Shown one piece after another: positions 19,018 to 32,744 of a stretch of 64,000 nucleotides of DNA. How positions within the stretch are numbered: the first letter of the stretch is position 1; the number at the start of each line of letters is the position of its first letter. Source of the stretch: Veleropilina oligotropha (lineage: Eukaryota); the NCBI GenBank assembly GCA_048128005.1, contig JBEUKZ010000107.1:1-64000 (forward strand), written 5' to 3'. Position numbers and translations under genes: made by a program. Under the pieces are notes generated by a model. That model saw only the letters and a list, made by a program, of their open reading frames with translations, was not told where the DNA came from and ran no database searches.

Positions 19018-19958
19018 GTTAACCCACATGGGACTGTTGATTCTTGAAAAATAATGCACGAGGGCCGACAGGCCCGAGTGCATTATTTTTCAAGAATCAA
19101 CAGGCCCATGTGGGTTAACTTACTTAATCCATTTTGACAATATTAGCTATTTGTTATATTTTAAACATTATTATATACATGAAATCGCCAATTTAAAAGC
19201 AATACGATAGAAATTTTGTACGAATTGGGGTTTACTCTCCCAAAACTCCTGTCGGATCCCATTCCTAATTAGTTGAAGGCGCCGCTTAATCATGGTTATG
19301 AATAGACGTTTAATGTGCTCGTTAAGTGCAATTATACCGGCATGCACGGCGAAATATATTTCCGTCACGATGTTGTACATTTCAAAGCACGCTACACTTG
19401 GCTTCAGAATTTTGACCAGAGCACACGTGGGATTTACCTCTGCAGAGAGCATCAGGTATAGTATAATATTGCAAATATATGTTGTATTTTAACGACATTT
19501 CTGTGATATAATATTTAAATAGCTCTCGGTGTTCGTTTCAAAGTAAAGCAATGGAACATCGTTCATATGAACAACAGCATTATATGGAGTATTGCCAGAT
19601 TCTTCTGAACGTTAAACGTGTATTACATTTTCTTCATTTGGGTAAGGAATTTAATGTGCTTGAAGTTTGTTGTCAGTGCAAAAATGTTGTCTACGCGTTA
19701 AAATAATTAATATTTTCTTTTCAGTGTCCAAGTGTACTAGAATGGACTCGTCCGCAGATAAATCTACCTCTTTGGATTATATAGTGCGTTAAACATGCTT
19801 TCCTCATTTTCTGGAATGGAATCGTCCATAGCATGGAATTAATGCACATAACGCTTGTTTAATTGGTATTTCAAGCAGACACAATGATTTTGTAGCAGTG
19901 GATTCGTGAAAAATAATCTGCAGTTAATACAATGGAAACGTAGGTCAAAATGGATTAA
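19018..19958. mobile_element. Putative non-autonomous DNA element with a ~100-bp hairpin and an internal inverted repeat
   Basis: Palindrome 19018-19119. TTAATCCATTTTGAC (~19125) is inverted at ~19944-19958. Confidence 0.5.
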
Positions 19959-20261
19959 ATCTGATATAACTACTTACCTTGAAAGGAAATGTTTACAAAT
20001 CAGCATATAAACATTTTCCTTAACGCAAAATCAAAGTTCATATAAAGCATGTTTCAACCATAAAATACTTCAATAATGTACCTATTACCAATTAATAGAA
20101 TAGTAAGGAGTGACCTACATATAAACTTTTTGTAAATTAAGAGTTATTGCTGGAGATCAAAGAAGATAAGGTGTATTCTCATATAAGCTCGAAAGGGTTT
20201 CGCAAAACATCCGTTCATAACACATGTTGTATATGGGACTATATGTTTATGTATATATAAT

Positions 20262-20460
20262 TGTGACGCTCATTTAAATTATAATTGCGACCTGCAGTAG
20301 AAATAGCGGTTAAGGGGGAATAATCCGTTCAGACTATATATTGTAGAACGATTCGGGGGTTCATCCATGTCATCATGGAGTCCTAATAGGATATAAACAC
20401 TGTCTACACGAAGTCAAAATAAGTGTCCCTTTTCCCTGTTCCAGGTTGTAACCCATGAGA
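20262..20460 (+). repeat. 5' LTR (3' end, PBS and start of gag apparently deleted)
   Basis: Matches 26779-26887 plus ~27897-27995 but lacks the terminal CGTAACA. Confidence 0.85.
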
Positions 20461-21576
20461 TGGGATGGGACTTTGACACGTGTATAGCAGTAACATCTCC
20501 ATCACCCAACACACCATGGAAGAAGATCATCCTCCACCACTGAACTAATCGTCACTGTCTGACTCTGAGTTACCAGGGGCCGACACAACAAACGGCGCAT
20601 CGCTGAATCAGTGCCAGTCATTTCGGAAGGCATTCAAGATCGTCGGAGGACAGATTGGTAAGAAGGGAAGTATTACCTTTATTAGTCTGGTGCGGCAGAT
20701 AGAGAATGGTAAGGAGAAAGGGTTCACGGAACGTGAAATTATCGAGGGCGTGGTAAGAGCAGTTGATGTGAAGTCATCGTTAAGACACTACCTAGAAAGT
20801 AGAACTACTCTCCCTACAACAGCTGTGAGGTATCATAAGATCACACTACAATGAGAGGTCAGCAACAGATCTGTTTGCCGATCTTGGTCGCCTTAGCCAG
20901 GGTTCGAAAGAAAGTCTGCAAGAATATGCCCTGAGATCCATGGAATTGCGAGAAAAAGTGCTGTTCGCGTCGAAAGAAGACAACAACGGTTTGGGGTATG
21001 ACAGAAACCTGGTCAATGGGCTGTTCCAGAAGTCCCTTGTGGCGGGTTTTGCCGACGATGCCATGCATCAGGAAATAAGGTGCTCGTTGCAGAGAATGCT
21101 GACATTGAAGATGAGCACCTACACGGCAAGTTAGCATACCGATTGCCGAGATTAACAAACGAAAATCGAGAAGAAAGGTTAGTACAAAATGCGTAACGTT
21201 GGACAATTCCGAATATTCCTCCCTCTCGGAAATAGATACGCTTAAGGCTGAAATAGCCATGCCGAAGAAACAGGTATAAACATCTACAGAGAATAGCATA
21301 CTTTCGGAGGCGGGTCGCTGGAATCAACCACCGACGCGTAAGAGCCCCAGGGGATGTGCGAAGTGTCAGCAAGATTGATCCAGGTGAACCCATTTCTGGA
21401 GATGTGGTTCATCAGAACACATTCGTATTGGTTGTCGTGCAAAACTTTCAGAAAACTAGCAGAGGTCACTTCCACAATAAGGGACCAGGCAGTGACCTCG
21501 GACCGAAGTGTCCCAAAGCAGGTAACGATCGAGCAATACCCACCAATGTGACAGTCTTCCGGTCACAACAGACGCG

Positions 21577-24500
21577 TTGTGGGACACTGGTGCACAGATC
21601 AGTCTAGTGCCCCTAAATTGCCTCAAGTCTTGGTTACCTGACACAACGGTGAGACCCATAGAAGATTTAATCAACACTAAGTTGTCCTTAAGTGGCGCAA
21701 GTGGTACTGAGATTCCATATGTTCGGTGGGTTGCTCTTAATCTTAAAATTGGGAGTGATTCAAGAGTTCTTACCATTCCATTTCTGGTTGCGGGTGTCAG
21801 TGACATGAAGTTACCCATTTTAGGATATAATGTAATAAAGTACTATCTTGACATCACAATGCTGGAAGAGTTCTTAAACATTTTAAAATCAGCAATACCG
21901 AATGTAAAACCATCAGCATTAACAGCAACAATAACATTTCTTGGCCATAATTCAACAGAAGTGTGTACAGTAAAAAGCCCGAGGTGGAATATTCAAATTC
22001 CGAAGAAACCCATGCGAACTGTGAAATGTAACATCATACCTGGTGATGTATATGGCGATCGCTCAGCACTGTTCGTTCCTAATCCTGATTCTTCGGACTT
22101 GGATGGGTGGGAGATACAAGAAATGCTGTTAATATTGCCCAACTCAGCGGTGGGGCACATCAACCTAGTCGTAAACAATAACAGTAATCATCCTGTGACC
22201 CTGTTCAAGAATACGATTATGGGTGACCAGCGATTCCCATCAATCAGCGATTCCCATCATTCCGAGACCAAGAACACCGGAAACACCATATCGATGTTGA
22301 ACCAGAACCTACAGAAGATGATGAAGATAAATGGGAGCCAAAAGCCAACTTCGATCATCTTCTTCCAGATCAGCAGGTAAGATTTAGAAGATTATTAAGA
22401 GAACACTGTCATGTATTTGCCAAAGATGATGACGACATTGGATGTGTGCCAGAACTACAACTGGAAATCAAGTTGCAAGCCCCAACCCCTGTCCGAAAGA
22501 CTTATACATCCACTCCACCCGCTTAGTATAAGGAGGTGCGATATTACGTCGCAGATTTAATAAAGAAAGGATGGGTATCCAAGTCATCATCATCGTACAG
22601 CAGCCCAATGGCTTGTGTACGAAAGCGTGATGGCTCTTTAAGACTATGCTGCGATTTCAGAGAGCTCAACAATCGAAGTTTTAATGACAGACAGCCAATA
22701 CCGAGAATACAAGACACCTTGAATAAATTGGCAGGTAAGCAGTACTTTTCATTACTAGATCAAGGAAAGTCTTACCATCAAGGATTCGTATGTGAAGAAG
22801 ATCGCTATCTAACCGCATTCGTAACACCCTGGGGACTTTATCAGTGGAACCCAGGCGCGGATCCAGGGGGGGGGGGCGCACCCGGCGTGCACCCCCCCTA
22901 AAGTTGGCCAAGCATACTAAAATAATATGTATAATCTGATACAAATGACTTTCAGAACATTATAAATAGGCTGTTGCAATGTAATAATGCAGGAGGGGGG
23001 ATTTCACATCGTTAATTGTCAAAATTTTCTTGCGCGTGGGACGCCGACCCCACGCGGACAATTCGATTATGACAAAATAAAATACAAATTTGACTCGTGC
23101 TATTTGAGTGATGGTGGTTCATAAAAAGTTAGAATGAAATATCGCTTTTGCCCTGTCAGAGTGCAGGAGAGGGGGTTTCAGGCTGTTGATTCTCAAAATT
23201 TTCTTTCGCGTGGGGCCCCAGCCCCACGCGAACAGTTGATAGTAAATTCAGCGCCCCCCCTTAAGCGAAATTCCTGGATCCGCGCCTGGAACCGGATCCC
23301 CTTTGGCATATTACAGGCACCAGGATGTTTTCAGCATTTCATGGAAAGTACCATGGAGGGATTAGAAGATTTCACACAACCTTACCTGGACGATTTGCTG
23401 ACATACAGTGAGTCCTTTCAGTTCCATCTTGAAGAATTAGAAGCGGTATTCCAGAGGCTAACAGAAAAAGGCGTGAAGCTGAAACAATAGAAATGTGAGT
23501 TTTTTCAACGAGAAATACGATATCTTTGTCGTCTGGTGTCTGCAGATGGATATCGTATGGACCCTGCAGACAAGGAGGCTGTCATCGCATTGAAAGAAAA
23601 GCCGCCTAAGAATGTGCGTGAAGTACGACAACTTCTTGGCTTCCTGGGATATTACCGGAAGTACATTCCTGATTTTTCGAGAAGAGTGAAGCCAGTCTAT
23701 GACCTCCTGAAAGAAGTTGATCAGGGTAACTCTAAAATAAACCGAAACGCGGTAAGAGTAAACCTAAGAAACGAGCTGGAGAAGCTCTGAGTCATCAATC
23801 AGTGGTTTGGCATGAAGAGCATACGAAGATCATCAATGAACTGGTAGATGTTCTAATCACCGCACCTGTCATGTCTTACCCGAATTTTGAAGAGCCATTC
23901 ATCCTTCACGTAGATGCCTCCCACACTCGGGGCTATTTTGTATCAGGAACAGGCCGGTCGGAAGGTAGTTATTGCATATGGAACACGGACGTTGTCCCCA
24001 GCAGAAAAAAAACTATCATATGCATTCGGGCAAGCTAGAATTTCTAGCACTCAAGTGGGCCGTCTGTGAACGATTTCGAGATTACTTGTACTACTGTCCA
24101 TCATTTCAAGTATTCACAGACAACAACCCTCTTACATATATTCTAACGTCTGCGAAACTAGACTGCATAAGACATCACTGGGTGGCAGAGCTTGCTGAAT
24201 TCAAGTTTACCTTTCACTACAAGCCAGGACCATTGAATAAAGATGCAGACGGGCTGTCGAGAATGCCACTTGACATTGAAACCGTTATCAAAGAGAGCAC
24301 TGAAGAGGTACATCCCAGTATTCTGGAAACTGTCTACCAGCCATCTACAGCGAGTATCCATAGAGAATTAGACTGGGCCACAGTATATGGCATAAAGGAA
24401 GAATCACCTCCTGAAGGAAGTATGCCAGTGAACGAGAAAATCCATCCAGAGACAGACGTGCGAAGTCAAGAGTCAGCAGGAGCAACAGCCTTATTCCGTG

Positions 24501-25650
24501 TATGGAGCAAATTGGTGTTAAACGACGATAACGTCTTGTGTCAAAGGGCGTCACAACCAGGTGGCGAATTGAAGACACAGATTATTCTGCCCTCATCATA
24601 TCATCAACAAGTCCTTACTGAACTTCATAACAACATGGGACATTTGGGCGTGTATCGTTTGGTCGACCTGGCCCGACAAGGTTTCTACTGGCCTCATATG
24701 GCTCGAGATATAGAACGCTATATTACACAGCAATGCAGTTGTCTGGTGGACAAGAAACCAAGCAGATCGTATGAAGCACCACTGAAGTCAATAATTACCA
24801 CCGCACCCTTCGAATTGGTTTTGATCGATTTCCTGTACCTCGAAAAGACCAAAGGCGGCTATAAATACATATTAGTCGTGGTGGATCATTTCACCAGATT
24901 CACTCAAGTTTACGCCACCAGAAACAAGTCAGCTCGAACTGCTGCAGATAAACTGTTCAACGATTACTTCTTCCGGTTCGGATTTCCTGCCCGCCTGCAT
25001 CACGATCAGGGCAGGGAATTTGAAAATGAACTATTTCATCAACTTCAGCATTTTAGAGGTATCCACAAATCGAGGACTACCCCATACCATCCCCAGGAAA
25101 ACGGTCAAGTGGAGCGATTCAATCGGACACTGCTCAGCATGCTGAAGACACTCCCTAAAGATTTCCGTACCGACTGGAAGAACAAGATGGCACATGCATA
25201 CAACTCCACTACGCATGAAACCACCGGTTACTTTCCATTCCACTTGCTCTTTGGGCGCAATCCACAACAACTGCCCATCGACTTGGTGTTTGGTACGTCT
25301 AAGACGTCTGCTGCTGAAGATCATCGGTCATACAGTCAGAAGCGGAAAACTGCAATGTCACAAGCTTATGACCTGGTATCAAAGAAAGTAATGAAGAGAG
25401 CAGAGAACGCCAAAGCAACTAACGACCGTCGTGGTGTTAGTGCCGTGCTCGAAGCAGGAGATCATGTGCTGGTGAAGAACTTCAAGGATCGTGGTGGACC
25501 AGGGAAACTGTGATCCCACTGAGAAGATGTCATCTTTGAAGTCGTAAGAAGAGTGGATGAAAATTCCCCTGTGTATGAAGTGAAGCCTTGGAATACCTCA
25601 GGGAAATCACGCATCCTACACCGTAACTTACTGATGCCATGCAACCATCT
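21577..25650 (+). pseudogene. Gypsy pol (protease, RT, RNase H, integrase), frameshifted
   Basis: WDTGAQISL; RLCCDFRELN; YLDDLL; LHVDAS; TDNNPL; H-H-C Zn finger remnant; LHHDQGREFEN; VERFNRTL. Confidence 0.93.
22852..23288. mobile_element. MITE inserted in the Gypsy RT
   Basis: TIRs CAGGCGCGGATCCAGG / CCTGGATCCGCGCCTG; 5-bp TSD GAACC (22847-22851 and 23289-23293). Removing it restores YQWNRIPFG. Confidence 0.92.
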
Positions 25651-26778
25651 GCCACGGCAATATCGTGGTGAGACGACAAGTACGACGAAAAGAAAACCTA
25701 GAAGGGCGCAAACGAGAAGACCCAATCGACAGAAATCAGTGGATGAAGATTCCGATAGCAGTGGTTCCGATGACGAACCTTATTTTCTACCGACAGAAGA
25801 ACCGACAGAAAATGAAGACCGGTTAAACCCTTAAGCTGATCTGTTCATCCCAATGCCTGTGGAGATGGAAACAACCACATGGGAAGTAGAAGATGGTAAT
25901 TCTGAAGACAGTTTGTCGGAGAGAGAGCCAGACGACACACTTAATCAGAGTGTTGATCAGCGAGCAGAATGTGAAAGCAGCAGAAGAGACGCTAGTCCGC
26001 AGAACTCCGATCATACGGATCGAGGTCAGACTGTTGCACGCGACACCAAGACCACTAACCTATGATCATCTGGGAGTCCGACGTATCTACGACCTGTGCA
26101 GTTCGGGAACTTCGCCTGGCAATACGTGCCAGTGAATACTATGCGGTACCATCATCAACCAGAGACATTGTGCTACGTGGTTCCCGTTCAACGTATAGAG
26201 ATTGTGCACTGATTTTAATTGAGATTGAAAAGTGATTTTATGGACTGTTTTGATAAACGGTACAGAGATAAATTATGGACTGTTATAGTGAATTGATGAA
26301 CTGTGCCGAGAGAACATTGACTTTTTTTGCGTCAAGAAGTGATGAACTGACTGATACATTTTGAATTGATTGAGAGCAATAATTATATTGTGGCATAGAC
26401 GGTGTCAAGCTAGTGTGCACAAGAGCTTCATAAGATGGACTTGTTTGGACTGAACTGAGCCTATGTTACATTTGGTTACATTTGAGAATGCCAATGCTGG
26501 TACTAGTTGCAGAGGTTCTGAGTTGTATCTCAAGAGAGCTGAACCTCCTGAAGAGGAGACTGGCCATCTATTCTACCGCGACGTTCGGGACTTACGATCT
26601 GCAATATATGTATCAACATAGAAGTTGATTTTTGGACTTATTGTTATAAGTAACACAGTTAATAGATGTAGTGAATAAGCTACGGACGCAGAGACTTTTA
26701 GTAGTTATGTTAAATGTAAATTGATTTTGTATTTTGATCTGTTGTAATGTCGGGACGACATTTATTTTGCTGGGAGAG

Positions 26779-28002
26779 TGTGACGCTCATTTAAAATTAT
26801 AATAATTGCGATCTGCAATAGAAATAGAGGTTAAGGGGAAATAACTCCGTTCGGACTAGATATTGTAGAACGCTTCGGTGGTTAATCGAGCCCCTTAGTG
26901 CAAGAGTGGTGTAACTCCAATTTTTTGAACATAGAGAAAACGGCTTGTAAAGTTTAATTAAAATGGTCAAATCTGTAAATGTTATTTCCTAAATAACATT
27001 AGCTACATTTCTTCATATATTCGACATAATTTTTAAGACAAAATTATAATAATTATTTTTCGTTATTTTTACGAAAAATAAATGTGCAAACAATATAATT
27101 ATAAACAATAAACAATTTATATTTTGAGAGTTACACCACTATTGCACTAAATACTTTTGTGTTATCAAATATGTAAAAGATATCAATGTGCAGGTTTGGT
27201 AATATCATTGCAATAATATGGCACACATTTAAGCATCATGTATTTTAATTGATATATATGTATTAAGAATTTCAGTTATATTGAATTTCATGCATAATCA
27301 CTTCGGATTATCATTCACCAATAGAAGTTACACCACTATTGCACAAAATCACCAATGGGGTTTATGGATAAGAGTTTATTCCATACACAAATCATTGAAG
27401 ATGTATAAAAATGAGGGTGCACATTATATTGGATTACTAATCAAATTATTTTTATCATATTGCAAAACTACATGTGAAATTCGCTTGACTAAGATTAAAT
27501 TTATCCAAGGGAGATAATCAGCTACTGATATATTATAATACTCTTATTATTCTTTAATCATGCTTAAAGTAATAAAAACCATATATACACAATTAAAAAC
27601 TGTGTTATCCAGCTTTTGCAAGCTTCAGCAAGAGTAAGCTACTCAGACCAAGCATTCTGTGGGTGGGACAGACTTTTTAAGATGGAGTTAAAACACTATT
27701 GCACTAAACGGATGCCTCAATTTATTATTACCTGAATCTTACCTTCTTTTATTATTAGAAATAATGTGAAATTGAGTAATATCTTTATTGCACTAAACAG
27801 ATCAACCATTAAAATAACTAAAAACACAATAATATCAAAATTCACAAAAATGGGAGTTACACCAATATTGCACTGAGGGGCTATTTAATTTAATTTATCC
27901 ATGTCATCATGGAGTCCTGCTAGGAAATAAACACTGCCTACTCGAAGTCAAAATAATTGTCCCTTTTCCCTGTTTCAGGTTGTAAACCCAGGAGACGTAA
28001 CA
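26779..28002 (+). repeat. 3' LTR, split by a ~1 kb DNA transposon
   Basis: LTR halves at 26779-26887 and ~27897-28002. Confidence 0.88.
26888..27882. mobile_element. Non-autonomous TIR DNA transposon (GAG-ended, possibly Sola-like)
   Basis: ~30-bp imperfect TIRs AGCCCCTTAGTGCAAGAGTGGTGTAACTCC / GGAGTTACACCAATATTGCACTGAGGGGCT; internal copies of AGTTACACCACTATTGCAC. Confidence 0.8.
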
Positions 28003-28121
28003 TAATACATGATCAATGTAAAAGATATACTAGTATATAAATATTTCTGTATACATATATGGATAATTGATGATGAATGTAAAAACATGTAAATTGTTAT
28101 ATATAAATTTGATTGATTGAT

Positions 28122-28910
28122 TTATTGAGTACACCTTGCAACCTGTTCAGTCGACTCAATGATGTCAGAAGGATTGAACTTATCAACAAGCTGAGTATCA
28201 TCTGAGTAAGAGTGATGAGCGATGTCATATTTGGCAATGAGATTTCTCAGAGGGTTCATATAAAACAGAAACAGGATGGGACCTAGTACAGCACCTTGAG
28301 GCACTCGACAGTTGAGTAGCGCTTTGTCAGACTGTTCGGACTTGACAAAGATGGACTGTGATCTGCCTGTAAGATATGAACAGAACCAGCTAAGTGCTGT
28401 TCCGTCAATGCCGATATGTTGTTGTAAAGTCTGGATGAGTTTATCATGATCGATAGTGTCGAAGTTTGAGCCTAAATCAACCAACACTAAAGAAAACAAT
28501 GTCATGTTGCCCGAATCAACTGCGGTACGTAGATCATGTAGAATCCTCAGCAATGCAGATTCAGTGCTATGGTGACGGCGGTACGCAGATTAAAACTTGT
28601 CAAGAAGTTGGTGTTTGCTGAGATGACCAATCAATCTTATGCTAACAGCCTTTTCGAGGACTTTCGACACAAAGCATAGATTGGACACTGTTCGATAGTT
28701 TTTCAGATCTTGAGCGTCGATATTATATTTCTTCAGGAGCGGGTTAACCACTGCTGGCTTAAAACTGTCAGGGAATGTCCCAGATACAAGACTTTCATTA
28801 ATGATCATAGTCATGACAGGGAGGAGCACATCCAGACAGTCTACAACAATTCTAGATGGAGCTGAAAATTTGATTCCTGATGTAGTTGTTTTGATTACAT
28901 TATCAGCCAT
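28122..28910 (-). mobile_element. LINE (CR1/L2-like) RT fragment
   Basis: NYRTVSNLCFVSKVLEK; VDLGSNFDTIDH; VPQGAVLGPILF; YSDDTQL. Confidence 0.88.
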
Positions 28911-28979
28911 GGTTTGTCCCGTAAGTGATTGATCAAGAGTAGCACCGATGTTGGTAATTGCTTAAATTCACATAGCAGG

Positions 28980-30775
28980 TAATGTTAAGTGAGCCGTGTT
29001 TAGCAAACCTTGGTTTTGAGTCAAACAGAATTGATTCGGTCTTCCCAAAGTGAATGGACAGTTTATTATCAACTAGCCAATTGTAGATTGATTCTAATTC
29101 CTAGCTAAGTGCGGATTGAATAATATTTATATTGTTGCTAGATACTAACAAATCCATGTCATCAGCATATAATAACAATTTACAAGAAACAGCAGATGAT
29201 ATATCATTTACATACAAAGAAAATAGCAAGGGACCAAGGATGGACCCTTGTGGCCCACCACATTTGATTGTATTTGACATGGAGAAAGAACCATCTATAT
29301 TTGCGACCTGTCTTCTCTCACATAAATAGGACTTGAACCACAATACTGTTTTGTCATCTACTCCACAAGCATCTAATTTGTTTAAGAGAATTTCATGGTT
29401 GACCGTGTCAAATGTTTTTTGAAGATTTAAAACAACCATACCAGTGTAATTGACGTGATCCATTTCTTTACGAATGTGGTCAGTCATATGGATCAGGCAA
29501 GTATCGGTTGAAAAGCCAGGACGAAAGCCGGACTGAAATTCAGAAATTATATTATTTTGGTGCAGATAACCTTCAAGTTGAATATACACAATTCGTTCTA
29601 AAATTTTAGAAATAATGCTAAGTATTGATATTGGATGGTAATAATTATTACTTTCTTCGGTTTGCTTACACTTTTTGTGTATTGGCATTACGCGGGCATC
29701 CTTTAAATCAGATGGAACTTGACTGTGGTATAAAGACAGGTTCAGCACATGAGTTAGTGGAGTAATAATCTGAGCAGCACCATATTTTATTAATTTAGCT
29801 GGAAAATTAAGCTTTATTAATAAATAAACCAGAGATTTTAGAAGATTGCCGACTAAATCTGTGGCTATTGTTGTGAAGAATTCATTGAAACGTTTAGCTA
29901 CATTTAGTTTATCAAAACAGACATCGTCATCAATCTTCAACCCGATGTTGAATAAAGTGGCTGATGATCGTTTGGAGGGCGCACCACGACTTTTTAAGGT
30001 GTTCCAGAGATTTTTCGAGTCACTTTTGTTTTCATCTATTGTATTTTTAAGGTACGATGATTTAGGATCAAGGATTAATTTATTGACTTTGTTACGGAGA
30101 GCTTTGTATTCTTCAAAATATTTATTTAATTTGTTTTTTAAATTTCAAAAATCGTTGATTGCGTTGTCTGATAGTATCTAAAATTTCTGTAGTATTCCAA
30201 GGTTCTGTTCGCTGTTTGATACGTATCTCATGGATTGGTGCAGAACTATCAATTTCTGACAAGATATAACATCAGACCAGTTTATATTCTGCAATGTCGT
30301 TTGAAAACCAATGATGTTGTAGTTTTTCAGTGATTTCATCTTCACGGTCTTATGTTGGTTGAATTTATAGTTACGCAATTTTCTGGTACGATATGTAATG
30401 CCGTGGTCACTTATTCCACAAGAAATAACACCCGATTGACTTATATTATCGTTATTGGACACATAAATAAGATCAATAGTAGTTGATGACGATGGAGTGA
30501 TTCGAGTAAAATCAGTAATGTTTTGTTTTAAATCAAAGATACAAGTGAACTGTTTGTGAGACTTGAGTAGGCTATTTCTATCCTTCGTCACAATTAAAGT
30601 CTCCTAATATCAATGTTTCAACGTCAATAAAACTTACGTTATTACTATACACACGTCTTCCAGCTTTGAAAATAAATCTGTTTGGGCTGGAGGTCGATAA
30701 CAAACTCCAACTAGCAGGGGTTTAGACTTGGGGAACAAAATATCAACACATAGCGTCTCTAATTCTTCAGACCAA
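28980..30775 (-). mobile_element. Second LINE (CR1/L2-like) fragment with endonuclease and RT remnants
   Basis: TTIDLIY...ISDH (APE endonuclease C-terminus); FQSGFRPGFSTDT; PQGSILGPLLF; YADD. Confidence 0.88.
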
Positions 30776-31189
30776 GACGTTGTTCGACAATGTATTTATC
30801 TTGAACTACCTTGATTTCTTAACGTGAGGCTTGATAAACAGAGTCCCGATTGGTACATAACACAAGTTTGTTATAGCCGCCATAATTTTGCAAAGCAATC
30901 GACGGTTTCAGTGTACGGCCGATCGAGTTATTTCCCTTGACGGCCAGTTAGCCAATAAGAACAGAGGATTCGCCTCACCGTTGTTTACAGATCCATAAAC
31001 AACGGCTGACCGGTGTATACGAGCAGTTAACAAAATGACGTCAGCCAATCAGAACAGAGGATTCACGGCGAAATCAAGATAATCCTATATATTACACTGA
31101 AAACTGGATGAAAAGGGCGAGTTATACATTTACAATCAAGCCAAGAATCCCCTGGTAAAGTGGCTAAAAGAATTCTGAGATTTGCTTCA

Positions 31190-31650
31190 GAATGTTGTTG
31201 GCATTGAAACCCTGGCGCCAGATTCTAACACGGCCGTCTCTCCGGTCGATGCAAAAGCATGTTTCATCGCTGAAGATGACGTTTGCCCACTCTCTCCTGC
31301 GCTAGTTCAGATGAGTAACAGCTTAATTCATACGTCGTTGACGATGGCGTCGGTTAAGAACGGAGCCTCGATAAGGACTGCGGTAGCTTAGCTGTTGTCT
31401 CTGTAGAATTCGCGCTACTGTTATACTGCTTATCGTCTGTTTCTTGTTTCCCAAAATGTATCTGGTTGTATGGACGGCTGTATGGAACGGGTCATTCCTA
31501 TATGTAGCGGTGTTGTTGCTTGGGCGGCCGGACCTGGGGCTGTCTGCAGTAGCGTTGGTGGTCACAAAATGATGCTGGATCCTGAAGATGGTGCAGCGAT
31601 GAACCCGTAAATCATGTCGTCGTCGGCGGAACCCGACTCGCTCCATAGCT
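31190..31650 (-). mobile_element. Tc1/mariner transposase fragment
   Basis: DSPRSGRP linker, second HTH region, then WANVIFSDETCF in the downstream minus-strand sequence. Confidence 0.8.
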
Positions 31651-32660
31651 CATTCTCCCCCAGACGAGGCATAGCTGTTGGATAGTAAACAAGATATGAC
31701 TGTCCAGGTTGCATTTTATGCCCTGGGAGTACCGAGAGACCGTGCTAACCTTTTTTCAAAAGCTTAACGAAGTTAACGGATTCCGAAAAGAATGCGAATA
31801 ATCATGATAATCCAATAAACCTTGTAAATCAAATGCATATTGCTCCATTATTACCAGATTAAGAGTACATCCATTCGGAGTGATTAATCCATCGCATAGG
31901 TCCATCCAATGCCCGAAATTCTCTTTATGGTTTAACTTATAATCCATTACAGATATATGGGACGCTGAAAAATACAGAAATAATATTAAAGAAAGAACGA
32001 AAACAAGTATCCAAAATCAGTAAATGTCTTGTTTCACCAATACAAGCAAAGTTTAGGTGGAACCAATTCCAGAAATGATTATGACCGTCCGCAATCGGCC
32101 AGGTATCATTTCTAGATAAAAATTAGTTCACCATAAAAATCTGTACCCGGTCATTCATGCCAACGCTATGCGACTGTGTTTTTACATTTAATTTTAAGTG
32201 CAGAATCAATGCATAAACCTAATTAATGTTTCGATGATTCGTCCAGCTAAACACCAATATTATATTCCCCGTGAAAATTATACTCTAACATTATAGTTTT
32301 GTCAGTTTCCAGCTGTTGATGAATCTAAAACAGTATGTATAACTTAAACAGAACCAATATTCAATACAAATTCAAATTTGCTATTTTAAATACCTTACCT
32401 TTTGTAACAGAGACCGGAGGTTTACAACGCTATGATATCCAAACAAATGTCGGTGAATGTTGACAATATTGAGAAATGAACATCCACGCGCAGCATGCTT
32501 TTTCAGTATTGTCAAAATTATCCTGCATGTTTGCCTAATTAGAATAACAAAGACTGTCTGCTGATGATTGTCCATTGCCATGACAAATTAGGAAACAGAG
32601 ACGTATCCAATATGAAGACAATGGGGAAGCATGCAGTGATTTAAGTTGGAGATACGCCTC

Positions 32661-32744
32661 AAAATGTCCATTATGTCAGATAATAGACAGTTCTTGGCGC
32701 TAACGCGCCTCGAACTGTCTATTATCTGACATAATGGACATTTT
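32661..32744. repeat. Long hairpin (33-bp perfect arms)
   Basis: AAAATGTCCATTATGTCAGATAATAGACAGTTC and its exact reverse complement, capped by GGCGC-TAAC-GCGCC. Confidence 0.9.

Larger units (their letters stand above)
20262..28002 (+). mobile_element. Gypsy/Ty3 LTR retrotransposon, decayed
   Basis: LTRs TGTGACG...CGTAACA; 4-bp TSD TAAT (20258-20261 and 28003-28006); purine-rich PPT GGGAGAG before 26779; domain order PR-RT-RH-IN. Confidence 0.93.

Noticed and set aside
23134..23290. Novel N-terminal extension on an RT ORF
   Set aside because: It is read-through from the inserted MITE.
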